The position numbers were made by a program, and so were the translations under genes. DNA of 58,110 nucleotides from Conidiobolus incongruus B7586. Its lineage: Eukaryota. Positions 41,027 to 54,603 of this stretch are shown piece by piece (the stretch's first letter is position 1; every line of letters begins with the position of its first letter). The stretch is from NCBI GenBank assembly GCA_000697335.1, contig JNEM01010327.1, positions 1 to 58,110 on the forward strand, in the 5' to 3' direction. The notes under the pieces are model-generated. The model made no database searches and was not told the origin of the DNA. It saw only the letters and a list, made by a program, of their open reading frames with translations.

Positions 41027-42553
41027 ATGTCTTATCCAGGTGCTCGATATCGACAACAGAATTATCCTCCATCAAACAACAATTATCATAATAATTATCC
41101 TCCTCAAGGAGGCTATAATCAGCCTCCCATGAATCAAGGATACTATAATAACGATCCTCCTCCTCAACAATTTAGTGGATATAACAGTGGACCCCCTCCT
41201 CAACAGTATGGAGGTTACAATCAACCTCCTCCTATGAATCAAGGTTATTATAATAATGGCCCTCCTCCTCAGCAATTTGGAGGCTACAACAATGGTCCTC
41301 CCCCAATGAACCAAGGATTCGCAGGCGATAATATGCCAATGCCTCAAAGGAATATACAAATGCCACCAGGAAGTAATAACTTTGGCTATCAAAATAACAT
41401 GGGTGGATATTCATTAAACAACAATAATAACCAGCCTCCAAATTTCGAAGCCAGAGCTCAAAACATGCCCTTCAACCAGAACCAACCTTATGGTGATAGT
41501 AATAATGATTATGGAGGTGGCCCTAGTGAGAATTTTGGAGGTCCTCCACCATATCAAGGAAATTCAGGTCAGCAAATTATGCAAACCTTGCCTCAGAACC
41601 AGCCAGTTCCACAAGGTTATCAGCAGGGTCAACAAATTCAAGTATCTAATTTTTCAGGTAAAAAGAGAGCTCTACTCATCGGTATCAACTATTTCCAAAC
41701 CAAGGCAGAATTACGAGGATGCATTAACGATGTACATAATGTTAGAAACTTTATCACACAGCATTATGGATTCCGTCAAGAGAATATGGTTATTTTAACA
41801 GACGATCAGAAAGACCCCAACTTTATTCCTACTCGTCAAAACATGATCAATGCAATGAAATGGTTGGTATCTGATGCTCAACCCAATGATTCCTTCTTTT
41901 TCCATTTCTCAGGTCACGGGTCCCAAACAGAAGACTTGGATGGAGACGAAGACGATGGTTTTGATGAGACCATTTGTCCTGTAGACTACGAGCGAGCAGG
42001 TATGATTGTTGACGATGAAATGAACGATATCATGGTGAAACCCTTACCCCAAGGATGTCGTTTAACAGCTATTTTTGACTGTTGTCACTCTGGTACAGCT
42101 CTAGATCTTCCATATGTTTATAATCACGAAGGTAAACTCAAAGAATTCAACCCAGGAAAAGTAGCGGCATCCACGTTAGTGAACGTTGGAACATCTTACC
42201 TCTTGGGTGATTTAATTGGAGCTGCTATGACTTTGAAAGATGGTATTGGTAAATTAGCAAATGGTAAAAAAGTTTCAGAGAAAAATAAGAGAGAAAAGGG
42301 ATCACTTGCTGATGTAGTAATGTTCAGTGGTTGTAAGGATGACCAAACGTCTGCAGATACTCAAGAGCAGGGTGTTGGTGCTACAGGGGCCATGTCTTTT
42401 GCTCTTATTTCATCACTTAAATCAGATCCTTACGGTCTCACTTATTTGCAGCTTCTCAATTCAGTACGTCAGATTCTCAGAGGCAAATACCAGCAATTAC
42501 CCCAATTGAGCTCTGGTAGACCAATGGATATGAATACTAGATTCATGATGTAA
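41027..42553 (+). CDS. MCA1: Type I metacaspase, copy B (tandem paralogue, intronless)
   Basis: Same catalytic His/Cys motifs as copy A. The C-terminal part aligns to copy A at a constant 3348-bp offset. Confidence 0.97.
   Translation: MSYPGARYRQQNYPPSNNNYHNNYPPQGGYNQPPMNQGYYNNDPPPQQFSGYNSGPPPQQYGGYNQPPPMNQGYYNNGPPPQQFGGYNNGPPPMNQGFAGDNMPMPQRNIQMPPGSNNFGYQNNMGGYSLNNNNNQPPNFEARAQNMPFNQNQPYGDSNNDYGGGPSENFGGPPPYQGNSGQQIMQTLPQNQPVPQGYQQGQQIQVSNFSGKKRALLIGINYFQTKAELRGCINDVHNVRNFITQHYGFRQENMVILTDDQKDPNFIPTRQNMINAMKWLVSDAQPNDSFFFHFSGHGSQTEDLDGDEDDGFDETICPVDYERAGMIVDDEMNDIMVKPLPQGCRLTAIFDCCHSGTALDLPYVYNHEGKLKEFNPGKVAASTLVNVGTSYLLGDLIGAAMTLKDGIGKLANGKKVSEKNKREKGSLADVVMFSGCKDDQTSADTQEQGVGATGAMSFALISSLKSDPYGLTYLQLLNSVRQILRGKYQQLPQLSSGRPMDMNTRFMM
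41107..41319 (+). repeat. Internal tandem duplication in the metacaspase B prodomain
   Basis: GGYNQPP(P)MNQGYYNN(D/G)PPPQQF(S/G)GYN(S/N)GPPP occurs twice here but once in copy A. Confidence 0.85.
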
Positions 42554-42947
42554 ATTCCAAAAATATATATTATAAACCATTTTTATTTAACTTCAATAAA
42601 CCTTGCCTTGTATTATGATTATTAATTTTTATTTTAGTGATTGAGCTATGCTTGGCTTTCCAATCTTTGTTTTTTATCAATAATAAGTGTAGAACTAAAG
42701 ATTTAGGAATTCTAATATTTTTGATGGATTGCTAAAATTAGTTTATTCAGCTTTTTTTCATTCAAATAAATATTATTTGATTCAAACTTCATATTTCTTT
42801 TTAAGCATTAGCATTGAACTAACACAGTATTGAACGAATGTTATATAATAGTAGGGAAATAGATACTAATAGATTAATATACAATATTTTAATATCCAAT
42901 AATGAATGAAATTATCTGTCTAAAATATAATTTATTCATATACATAT

Positions 42948-43830
42948 CTATTCAAGTTGTTTCTTTTTAATATAGTTTTTAAGGTCTTGTTCCTTTTGGA
43001 ATGGATTGCTCTTATTTTCAAACTTCTCCAAAAAGCGACGTTCTTTATGTCTAATTTTTTTGACTTTACCCTGATCGTACTCTTCATCCCATTCGTCATT
43101 ATCTTGGAATAATTTATTAACCTTTTTGTTTTTGGAATTATTTGATGATAATTGAGTTGTATCAGGATGAGTATCAACATTATCCCATTTGTCACCTTGA
43201 ATTATATTATTAGAATTCAATGTACAAAAATACAGAAAAAGTATATCTATATTTACCTAGGCTAGATGATTGATGGAATTTGGAATTCTTATTGGTTAAA
43301 TTTATCGACTCGGTAGGCTTCTCAGATAATATTTCTACTTGGAATTTGCCCTTTGTTCTCTTAGGCTGATTCTCTATCGTCTCTTCAGTTGAAGTATTCT
43401 TCATGTTGGATAAGATATCATTGACTAAAGTAACTTGAGGATCATTCGTCGTAGTGGAAGGTAGATTAGATGATTTTTTGCTAGCATTAGGATCGAATAA
43501 ACTATCTAAAAATCCATATTCACTATTTGTTTGATTTTTCTTTTTCTTTCCTTTCGTTTTGATAGGAGTTTGGTCTTCTTTATCTACCATTTAAATAAAT
43601 AAAATGAAATATTGATAAATATATAAAAATTTATTACCTTTTTGGCCAATGCTCACCGATTGCTGATTGCTAGATTTTTGAGGATTGACTTTAATATAAC
43701 GATTATAATCTACCTTCATTGTATTCTTATTTTTACCCTCTTTAAAAATAATACTCCTACTGAATACGGATTTAATCGTATTATTTTTAAAGGCGTCTAA
43801 TATCATTTCACTTGTTTTATCACTCGCCAT
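42948..43830 (-). CDS. 255-aa basic, probably nucleolar protein ending in a USP36/UBP23-type C-terminal motif; exons 43830-43638, 43583-43257 and 43195-42948
   Basis: Two phase-1 GT-AG introns join three ORF-track pieces into 768 nt. The C-terminus is W...DNDEWDEEYDQGKVKKIR...NPFQKEQ. Confidence 0.82.
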
Positions 43831-45757
43831 CTTTTTTAATTATAATAAGAGTTAAATTAATTATTATTTTAATTAATAATTACAATCTTGTTTTAATTAA
43901 ACAAATTCAGAGAGTTTATTTCAACTTATTTTTATCCTATAAAGTATTATGGGATTTTATATTCAATTTTTTTTCAAATGAATAATGCAATTAAAAATTC
44001 GATGGTATCATGTAAAAACATCAATTTTATGATAATCGATATCAAATTTTAATTAATATTTATATGATAATTACATCTATTAAACTCAAGATAAGTTATT
44101 TTTCTGTGATTAAAATTTACACATACTAATTTTATTGTTTGTATTTTATCAATATAACCTATCATTATTTTGATTAAATGAACTCTCACTTAAAATAATA
44201 CAAATTATTATATAAAAAACGTTTTCAACCAACTGATCTAAAATTATATTTGCTCTTCCATGATATTTGAAGAAGATAGCTCCTTGAATCAATCACTTAC
44301 CGAAGATGTGAACATCTTGATAATATAACATTTATCACAAATTATCATAATAATATTATAACATTATTCTGATATAATTTCTATTTTTCAACTGCTATAA
44401 CCTCATGTTACTAAATCACATTTTTTATCAAAGATATTCGATGAATTCTCAAACTGGAAATATTAGACAACAAGTATTTATTACAGTAGCAATACTTTTA
44501 TAGAATTAAATCACGTGAAATCATTATTGTTAATGTAAAACTTTAGTATTTACTTTATTTTCTAAATAATTTTGAAAGATAATGAAACTAGCTGTATTGT
44601 AATTGAATTATTTGATATATAACTTCTAGAATCTCATTGAAAATTAATTTGAATGAAAATTATATCATTAAAATGTTAGCTAATATAAACATTACTTGAT
44701 TACGATACATAAAATATCAAATACTAAATTTAATCAAATTGAATAATTTTTATTAATAGAATATTAAAAAATTTTTATGTTACAGTAAAAAATTTACCTT
44801 TTTCAATACATTACAGTCATTAATTATTCTTTAAACTTGCTAATTTTTTTCAAGACTTAATATCTGATATCATTTTTAAACGATTAAATAATTATTCAGA
44901 AAATATTTCTGCCAACTTCAGAACTATATATGATTTACAAAAAATTATAGCAACATCATATACTATAATTTATTAACTTTTATATTATATTCAACATACC
45001 TGAGCATTAGTTATTATATCAAAATAAAATATAGGTATGTCATGTTGTTCAATAATTATCAAAATGAATTACATGTAATAAAGAACAATCGTTTTATATA
45101 TCCAACTTTAAAATGTATAGCATTAATAATCATTGAATTTTATCTAGCATTCACAAACCATTTATAAGCTTTTAACTTATTCTATATCAATAGACCAATC
45201 GTTTAATTTTCAAAAAATTGAAGATTACAAGTTTTATAAAAATTGAAAATCTTTGTGTAAAGTTTAGCTCGGTACAACATAATCGTTGTTTGAAATTAAA
45301 TATATTAAAATATATTTATTATTGTTGAGTTTGAGTCTTTAATGCTCATTCCTGATTATAAAATAGGAAAATATTTCATCAAAATATTATAGTTAATTTT
45401 TATAAAATTGCATTGTATTTGTAGTTCATCTGCAATTAAGAGTAAACAATAATTTCTCATTAAATAATAAAAATTCATATGACCCAATGAAAATTAAAAA
45501 TATCAAATTATACTAATAATTTGATCACCTTTTAATTCAGATGAATAATACCTGATGTATTCGTCATCAAATACTAATTATATTTTTATTATGGGATTAA
45601 TTTAATAATATTTAAATACCCCATGAATGTAATAATTTAAAATAAAAATATTAGATTCAAATACTCAACAGTCCCTACAGTGTTCTTAATTATTACATTT
45701 AAGAGTTAACAATTAGTATTTCTATTTTAGACTTAGTTTATTCATATTATACATTAT

Positions 45758-48700
45758 ATGGAGGACGATTTAATAGAATATCCAATTCCTCAGCGCCCTG
45801 AATTTAAGGATACCACATTGGTTGGCTATGGTGATTTTTTACCAAATCAACATTTACCTTATAATACAGAAGGCGAAGCTGAAAATTTTATAGAATTAAT
45901 CAAAACCAAATTAAGTTGTTGTGTATTGGGCGATGATTGGAATGGCATCAAACATTGGATCAATCAACTTAGACTGTAATACCAATTTGTTTTCAGTATT
46001 ATATCAACTTAACTTACTTTTAAAATTATAGATTTTTAGATTTTAAATTTCCTCTTGTAAAATCGGATAGAATTTATTTGGCTAAATTATTACACCAAAT
46101 ATTGGTTCATCCAGAATTAGACGAATCGCTTTTATCTAAAATTGCTGAAGAACTTTATAGACTATTAAAGTATAATGCTTTCAAAATGTAAAAAATATAA
46201 ATTATTAATTAATATACTAATAGGAAAGATAAGTTTGAAAAAGGGGATTTGATTTTGGATTGGAAGCCAATGTATCAACTCGTTCATCGTTTGGTATTTT
46301 TAAAACAGAGTGAACATGCAGTCAGTAGCGATGGGTAATTTATATACATATATACAATAATAGCTATTTTTCATATCTAATATAAAATAAACTAATTTTA
46401 GAAATCGAATCACATCTTTAATAGCTGTACTAGATAGGTTAACTAGGTAATTTTATTTCAATAACTGTGATAAATTTACATTAACAACAATATTAATGAT
46501 AGATTTTATCCTTATGAGGCAGTAGACGAGATTTTTGAAGAAATACTCCCAATGTATTCTCCTTTGGCAATTGAAACTTGTTACACTGCTATCAATTTGC
46601 TATGCTTATTCTTACCAACTCATCATCAACATCCAAAACTAGTCCCCACTCTCTTCAGTTTATGGACTCAGCTTTCTGCTTCAACCAATTACCACGAAAA
46701 ATTCATGGATTTAATTGAAAAGGTCGCAAGAGGTCAAATAGGGCATTACCAATTCACTAATGAACAAATTAAATTCGCGTTTGGTGTTGGCCTTAGATCC
46801 TTATCTTTACCTATTGCAACTGGAAAGTCACCCACATTTAGTCTTATGAATAGAAATCTTCTTAAATTTCCTTTGTCAAGCTTTAAAAAATTACTCAGTC
46901 GCAAACCAGATAAGGGTGTCATATTTGCTGGTTTCATAGTCAATACCATCTATCCAGCTAGCTTAGATCCCGAAAATCGTGGATCTCTTAACATGCTTAT
47001 AGATCTTATCCAATCCATTGAATCATTTTTCCATCCTTCTAACTTTGGTAGATGGACTCATTCTCTATTAAAATTTATTGAAAATCTCTCCTATAGCATA
47101 TTGAATCGATGGTTGGACGAGCAACGAGGATTAGTCGATTATGGAGAAGAATATTTTTTGACCAAGGACGAGATTTCATCCTTCGTTCAAACAATTGTTA
47201 GTGTGAGCTATTTAGCTATGTTTGGAAAAGATCCCAGACTTATTGGGTATGTTCATACCACTTTCAAATATTTAGCTTGGTTAGACCCAAATGCAGTTTT
47301 TCCTGGTTTACTTGAAAGAATTTATCCTAGTTTACAAACCTTGACTGAAACTTTGCGCACTTCATCTTCACTATCTACACTTTGTATGATTGTTGGTCCC
47401 TTAGTTAGTCGTGAAAATTATCCTCAAGGTGGTAAACATGTCTTACCCTTACTTAACTTGATCCTCCCAGGAATAGATATCAACGATCCTCAAAAATCCA
47501 TCATTTCATTATACTTTGCTTCTTATCTATTTCTCTCTATTCCTTTGATCGATTCTACAAGGAATGATGAGGAAACTGACTGGGGTGCTATATCAGGCGA
47601 TTTATCTATACCAAGAGATCTAGAGCAGGAAAATTTATTGTGTAAAGCAAACACTTCTGGTTATGAAGAATGGATTGGTCAGTATTTAAATCGTTCTTTT
47701 TCATTATTTGAAAATATGCCTGAGAAGGAAAACTCTCCATCTGATATGTCGGATAGCGGGTTAGTTCTTTTGTTCATTGCATCTTTAGATGTAATTTGTA
47801 ACCAAATGTCGTCTGAGCTTTATGAATTTACTCTTGAAATGATCTTGAGACGTGCAACGGAAGTGAATAGTAATGCAGTAGATCAAATTGGTGAATTATG
47901 TGGAACCATTACTAGAGCCAACCCTGCTTTAGCATTATCCAAATTTATTCCCTTATGTCTCAAACATATTTATTTAGAATTAGAACATGGCGCTGGTACA
48001 TCTTCCACAACCTATTTCATGACCAACCCTCCTTCTGATTTTACTATGAATTGGTATCAAACTATTCTCAGTCAAATTCTACCCGGCAACGGAGCCGAAA
48101 TATTAAAATATGTTGACCAAATCCTCACTTTAGCTGATAAGGTCCTACATCAATGTAAGGCTTATAAAGCCGGTAACCTTGGAAGCCGTTTAATCAGAAA
48201 TATTTTAAGCTCTCTTACTACTGTTTATCTCAAAAGAGTGAAATCTCATAATGAGCAAATTTGGCGATCAGATGAATTCCAAAACAACCACCATTTAATA
48301 TGGGGTAAATTCCCAGATCCTGAAATGATTCAATTAGAGTGGCACACTCCTACTGAACCAGAGATTCAAAAATCGATCGAAATCTTCCACAAATACATCG
48401 ATATATGCATAAATGATTTGGAAGCTATACTTGATAACGACTGGGATGGAGAAAGAACTAGTTTCTTTGGTCCCGTTGTGCAATCCGAATGGTCTAACAG
48501 ATTTCGCAGATCCGTAGGTCTACTAGATCAAGTACTCACTGGCAGTGCTACTTTTATTTTATCAGAAGCCGATTATGACCAAAACTTAGAGTCTGATTAT
48601 TTCCAATTGAACTCTGGAGTAATTTTCACTGATCCCACAAACCCTGAATACATCAAGATTCAAAACAAACGTCTTCAGGCTTTAAGACTTCTGCATCGTG

Positions 48701-51700
48701 CTTTCAAGTATTTAGATGAGCATAGAAAGGATGATGTCCATGCTTTCCACTTTTTGGTCCAGGTATACATTATAATATTAAGTGATTTGATCTTGTAATA
48801 CTTAATAGTTTATAGGTTATTGAAAACTCTTTGACATTTAGAGGAAGCACATATGAAATGAAAGAAGCTAACTCTAATACATATAAATGGGCCAAATATT
48901 CATACTCTTTCTCAGATTCTCGCAAACTCCTCCCTCGATCTATCTTTGGACAAAAAGTATTGATTCATCAAATTCAACGAATTTTGTATACCACCACAAG
49001 TGCTCCTAAATGTCAAGAACATCGAGATTTATTACATGACTTGATTCAACTTTCTATGTATCCATATCCTAAAATTAGAAAGTAATAATTATTATATGAT
49101 ATTTTTTTACCTTCATCTTAACTTTATGTTTAGACTTGCTCAAAATAGTGTCAAGAGATCGTTGAAAATTATACCAAAATTCAAAAAGGATATCTACCCC
49201 ATAGTATTAGATGCAATCGAAACTTTCAAGGATGAAAAAGATCCTATTCAATTAGGACAAGTCACAGGTGCTTTGTATTTACTCAAAGATTGTATTAATA
49301 ACAGTAAAGTTATAAACAAATGGGAAATTTTACCCAGATTGATTATTACTCTATTACGCGCCCAAAAGATTAACGATACATCTTGCCAAGAATTAATCCA
49401 AAAAATCCTTTTAAGCTTAGTTTATGATGGTCATCCACCATATGTCGCTCAGGGCACCGGTCTTCCAGTCAAAGATTTTATTAGTGAATCTAGTGAATTT
49501 GGTTTAGTTCAATTAGATGAATCATCGATAGAGAAATCAAAAGAAAGAAGTAAAGCTAAATTCGAATTAAAGCAGAAAGGGCTTGAGAATATAATATCAG
49601 AACTCATTAAGATTCTCAATGATCCTAGCACAACATGGCGATTTACTAATATGGCTGGAGCATTTTTACAGCGATTTACTACCATCAACTCACCAATCAA
49701 TCCTCAAGCCGTCAAAGCAGCATTCCAACAAGTTATTGTCGAAGTTCACGCCACTAGAAAAATGTTCTATCCTATTTGCTTTGATATTTTATCCAAGTTG
49801 AAAAAGAGAAGTTTGGCTATTACAGAATCTCAAATCAGAGGTCATTATAAGAAGGTTCAGGTTACAGAGCCCATTTTCAATCCAAAATTCAATTCGAAGT
49901 ATCTTGACATCATCTCAAAACCAGTTGATTCCAATTCCATCAAAGAAATACCATTGATAGATAGGACTGAATTTGGATGGTTTGTCTGGCCAAAGGAGTC
50001 TCCCGGATATCAGCCATTGTCTGAAGATGAACAGCTGGCTTGGCCCAGTAACGTCCCAAATGAAATTCAAGAATGTTATGATGCCATATGGGATACCATT
50101 TCCAATCCTGATTACATCGACAAATGGATTACATATTTAACACAAGAAGTAGGAAAGGAAAAGGATAGCACTTTTAACACAGTTCATTGCAAACTATTTA
50201 AAGCTCTTTTCCAAATTTATGGATTTAAGCTCTTAGAACTTTTTAAACCTCATATCGAGAAATTAGTAAAAACTCCCACTGAAGCTGGATGTCAAAAAGG
50301 TTTATCTGAGCTGTTGGCTGGGTTGATAAGAGGTAGTAAACACTGGTCTTTATCTGAATGTGCTCAGCTTTGGGATTATCTCATTCCTATACTCGCTCAA
50401 TGCTTTAAGAAATCATCTGTTGATACATCCTCATATTGGGATAAGGTACTGTCATATTCAACTTTCAATAGAGATCCTAGACGCATTCAACCTTTGATCA
50501 AGCTCATAATTGAAGAATTAAATCCCTTCATTGATGCCCAGGGTCAAATCACTGAAATTGCTACTCAGTCCACTGGAAATCATATTTCATCTTTCGATCA
50601 GTACAAATACTTGAACTACGTAAGGATTGTATGCTTTGGATTAGCATGGAAATCCTATCCTTGGAGCCAAACAATATTGAACTCTTGTGTTATCAATCTT
50701 CACCACCAGTTTAAATCTGTTAGAGGCTGCATTGCCTTACTCATGTACGAATTACTCCAAAACCAATGGCATGGAGGTATATCAGTTGAGCAATTCTTAC
50801 AAAACCCTTCCATTATTGAGGATGACTCTTTTGGAATTGCTAATCCCCAAAGCATTAATACTCTTCTAGATCAAGTGTACTCGAAACTGGAATTGTACCG
50901 CTCTCAGCATGATCCTGCCCGAATCGAACCCTCTGATTATACCAATTGCTGTAAAACTCTTATCAATTTGATTTTAGCAGCTACCTTGGGAAATCAGTTC
51001 AGAGTTCTTAGACCTCACTTCCCTAAGCTCTGCGAAGAGATGTTCAATATGCTCGATGGTCATCAAGATATTGAATTAAGAGCCATGATCAGTGATGTGC
51101 TTAGAGATGTTTATCGTCGCCACTTCTATCCCACCAATATCCTCCAAGAATTTATTACATCTTTGAATCAAATTCTAAAGGAAGGCAATTGGATTAAGAA
51201 AGTCAGAGTTCTTTGTGTATATCAACCTTTAGTGTTTAATCATTTATTCAACTATTTCAATCGATCTGAGGAATTTGACACTCTAGTTAAGGGCATGCTT
51301 TCAAGTTTATTAGACGATAGGATTGAAGTAATATTATTTACATTGCTAATACATTGTTTATTAATTTTTATTGCGTAGGTTAAGGAACTTGCTGCTGAAA
51401 CTTTATCAGGAATTGTGCGATGCCAACGTTCTGTTATCAAAAACCTTCAGGTAAATCAACATATCAATCGTGTTAATTATATCCTAATTTTTTGAATATA
51501 GTCGCATTCTACTCAATATCTCAAAACCAAATTGCCACCACGTGGAACAAGTAAAACTACTCCCGAATATCAACAAGCCATTCGCGATCGACATGCCGGT
51601 GTATTAGCATTAAGTAGTATCATCAGAGCTTTCCCATATGATATTCCAGAGGGTATGCCTCAAATCCTCTGCAGATTAGCTCGATATGTTGGTGATCCTA

Positions 51701-51846
51701 CACCCATTCAGTCTACTGTTTATCATGCCTTTAAAGAATTTAAACGAACCCATCAAGACACTTGGCACGAGGATAAGTTAAAATTCACCGAAGAACAATT
51801 AGAAACCTTGTCAGATTTATTGATCTCACCAAGTTACTATGCTTAA
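45758..51846 (+). CDS. BLM10: Proteasome activator Blm10/PA200 (PSME4), multi-exon
   Basis: IESFFHPSNFGRW, LPGIDINDPQK, ELLAGLIRGSKHW, RHAGVL..AFPYDIP, EFKRTHQDTW and the C-terminal HbYX motif SPSYYA. Confidence 0.97.
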
Positions 51847-54603
51847 ACTAAAAATGAATATTCAATTAACTTCTAACTTAAAGTTATAATTAATTTCATT
51901 ATTTGGTAATTTTAATAAAAATATATTTTAATTTTTAGTATAATTATTATTTTTTATATATCTCTAATTTGGGTTGAATCTCTAATAAATTTATATAAAT
52001 TTTACACTCAAGTTATGGTTTATTAATATCATAATATTTTTTTGTTTTTAATATACTCACACTACAAGTTTCATTCATGAAGATAATTTATTTTATACAA
52101 TTTTATTGAGAACAGTTCCCCTTTATTAAAATTTATCAATAGATATATTTAATAGATTATTTTTAATTTTTATAAATTATATATATTTATCATTAAACTA
52201 GGTGATTTTTTAAAATTAAAGTTTCTTAATTGAATGGACTAAAAAGCAGAATAAATCGGGGTAATTATCTTCCAATGATGTATAATATTTTGATGGTAAC
52301 CATTTGAGAAAATATGACTGAATTATTAATTGAACATTGCCATATTAGCTGTATACTTTCAGACAATCCAAGAGTCTTATGATTACTAGTGGCACGGGAA
52401 TCAAAAGAAGAATACCTTCCGAGCATTATCTCATATTTTATTTATAAAGAACTCAGAGATCAATAGATAAACTAATAAAAGAGTTAGTTTTTAACATATT
52501 AGTCAATTAATAAATTTTGATTATCGATTATGATCTATCCAGTGGATCAAATAAAATTTTTGAAATCAATTTCGAATGAGAAAATTACAACATTTCCAAT
52601 TTAGCAAAAAATTTTCATAGTACAGATAATTATAAAGATATAATGAATTAAGATAAATATAGTATAATTCTTAGCTGTTTCTAAGCTGACAGCCTCATAT
52701 TATTCAATCTTTCTAATTAAATAAAATACTCTATAATATAAGATCTTATCATATACCAATTGACTTGTGAGAATATTTTTTAATTTATCAAATTTGAATA
52801 ACCTTTTATGTCAATTTAAATTACACAAATATTTTATTAAAGTCTATAAATTAAAGTATTAATAAAATTTAAAAATTTAAAAATAAATAAATTTAATATT
52901 ATCAAATAATAATTAAAGAATAAGCTCGTAATATCTTCATTAAACCTCATTTAAATAAACTATTACACTAATGAACAAATTGCCAAACTTATTCTAGAAA
53001 ACAGGATATTGAGAATTTATTAATAATTTATTCAGGTACAATGATGAGAATTATTTCATATCACTTTATTCTTTTAACAGGGTAATCTTAATACAAAAGA
53101 TTGTTATCAGTTCATCTAATATGAATTCAAACTCATATCATTGATAATAAATCCATCCATTGGATTAATTGATATACCGATTTCAATTATAAAATAATTC
53201 CAATACACAAGATGTAACCAAGTATTAACTATCGGGAAATGTAAGTTTTACCCTTCCATCGCTAACTATAAGTTTGAATATTACTAAAAACTGTCTAATT
53301 CGAATTTATTAATATTAATTGGTTCATTTGGTATAATTAACTCATAATCAAGATCCATTTTATTATTTATTACCAATCATACTAATTATAATAAAATTTA
53401 TAACAGATAATTCATATTTTTTAAATATATGTACATAATAAAGAATAAACTTATATAGGTCAAGTATTCAAAATAAAATATCAACAAAAATTAAATTCTT
53501 TACATGTTAATTTAACAATTTGGAGGTATAATAACAAAAATATTGTAAATTTTGATCTTCACTAGTAGATTTTGGTATTTGGAAAAATTGAATTAGTATA
53601 ATATGAATTTGATTTAATTAATAAAATAACTTCAAGACACTCACTTTTTATTTTCACTATTAAATTAATACTGATAGTGAAACTAATAGAGCATAATCAA
53701 TATAATATAGTGTTGTTATATTAGTTTAATTGATAAATAAACTGTATTTTGCTTTCAATTAAGAGACTTAATATCGGAGTTTATTTCTCCACATTAATCA
53801 AAAGGGAAAATTGTTTATGTTTACATGTTTATATTGAACTTAAATTTTAATCAAATAGTTTGACACATTTGATAATATAACTATTTCAAATAGAATGTAT
53901 TGTTCATATATTATAGTACTTTAGAATTGAATAGTTTGGCTAAAGGAATTATGCATTATACTACGTAAATTAATTAACAAGGAAAGTAACGTAGTAAAAA
54001 ATTAGTAATCATGATTATTTAATCAATGAATCATACACAAACCCTAATCCATCAATCCAATGAAATCATCTTTTTCATTCTTTCAATTATGGCATTTTTA
54101 CTTTTATAAATCAAAGTATTTTTTTGGTTAAATTTGATAATTTACTATTAATTATATTTGATAACTGAAATCTTTATAGACCAATAGTTTAGGATATGTT
54201 AAATAAGATAGTATGGTTAAGCTTGAGTATAATTGGTACGGGTGAGAAAATAGAGATTAAAAGAAAAAAAAAGGGAGAGTGGTTAGGTTACGTTTGCATT
54301 ACATTGATTTAAAACCTTTTCTCATTAATCGAAGTACACTGAGCTTTGCCAATTAGCAGAATTGAAACACTTTGAATGATGCTGTATTTGGCAATCGATT
54401 AGTTGCAAAGTTTGACTAAATTGGATTGTTGAATTGGGCAATTTTTAGTTGATATTGATTTGGTATAAATAGCTATTGCCCATCTCTTCACCTCTACTTT
54501 TAATTCTCCACAATTTACAAATCTTTCACTTTTCTTCATCCTTTTGTATTATTTATTTTTGATAATTAATATTCTATTGATTTAATTCTACGTACCTGTT
54601 ATC

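Noticed and set aside
41107..41319. Repeat-spacer-like array in metacaspase B
   Set aside because: These are in-frame coding repeats of a eukaryotic low-complexity domain, not a CRISPR array
37736..41798. Antisense and alternate-frame ORFs over the metacaspases (37736-38236, 38004-38450, 41072-41392, 41490-41798)
   Set aside because: Shadow ORFs caused by the low-complexity Pro/Gly/Gln codon usage of the real genes
45253..45350. tRNA-like fragments (AGTTTAGCTCGGTA ... GAGTTTGAGTCTT)
   Set aside because: I could not build acceptor or anticodon stems and there is no canonical GTTCRA T-loop; at most a heavily decayed relic
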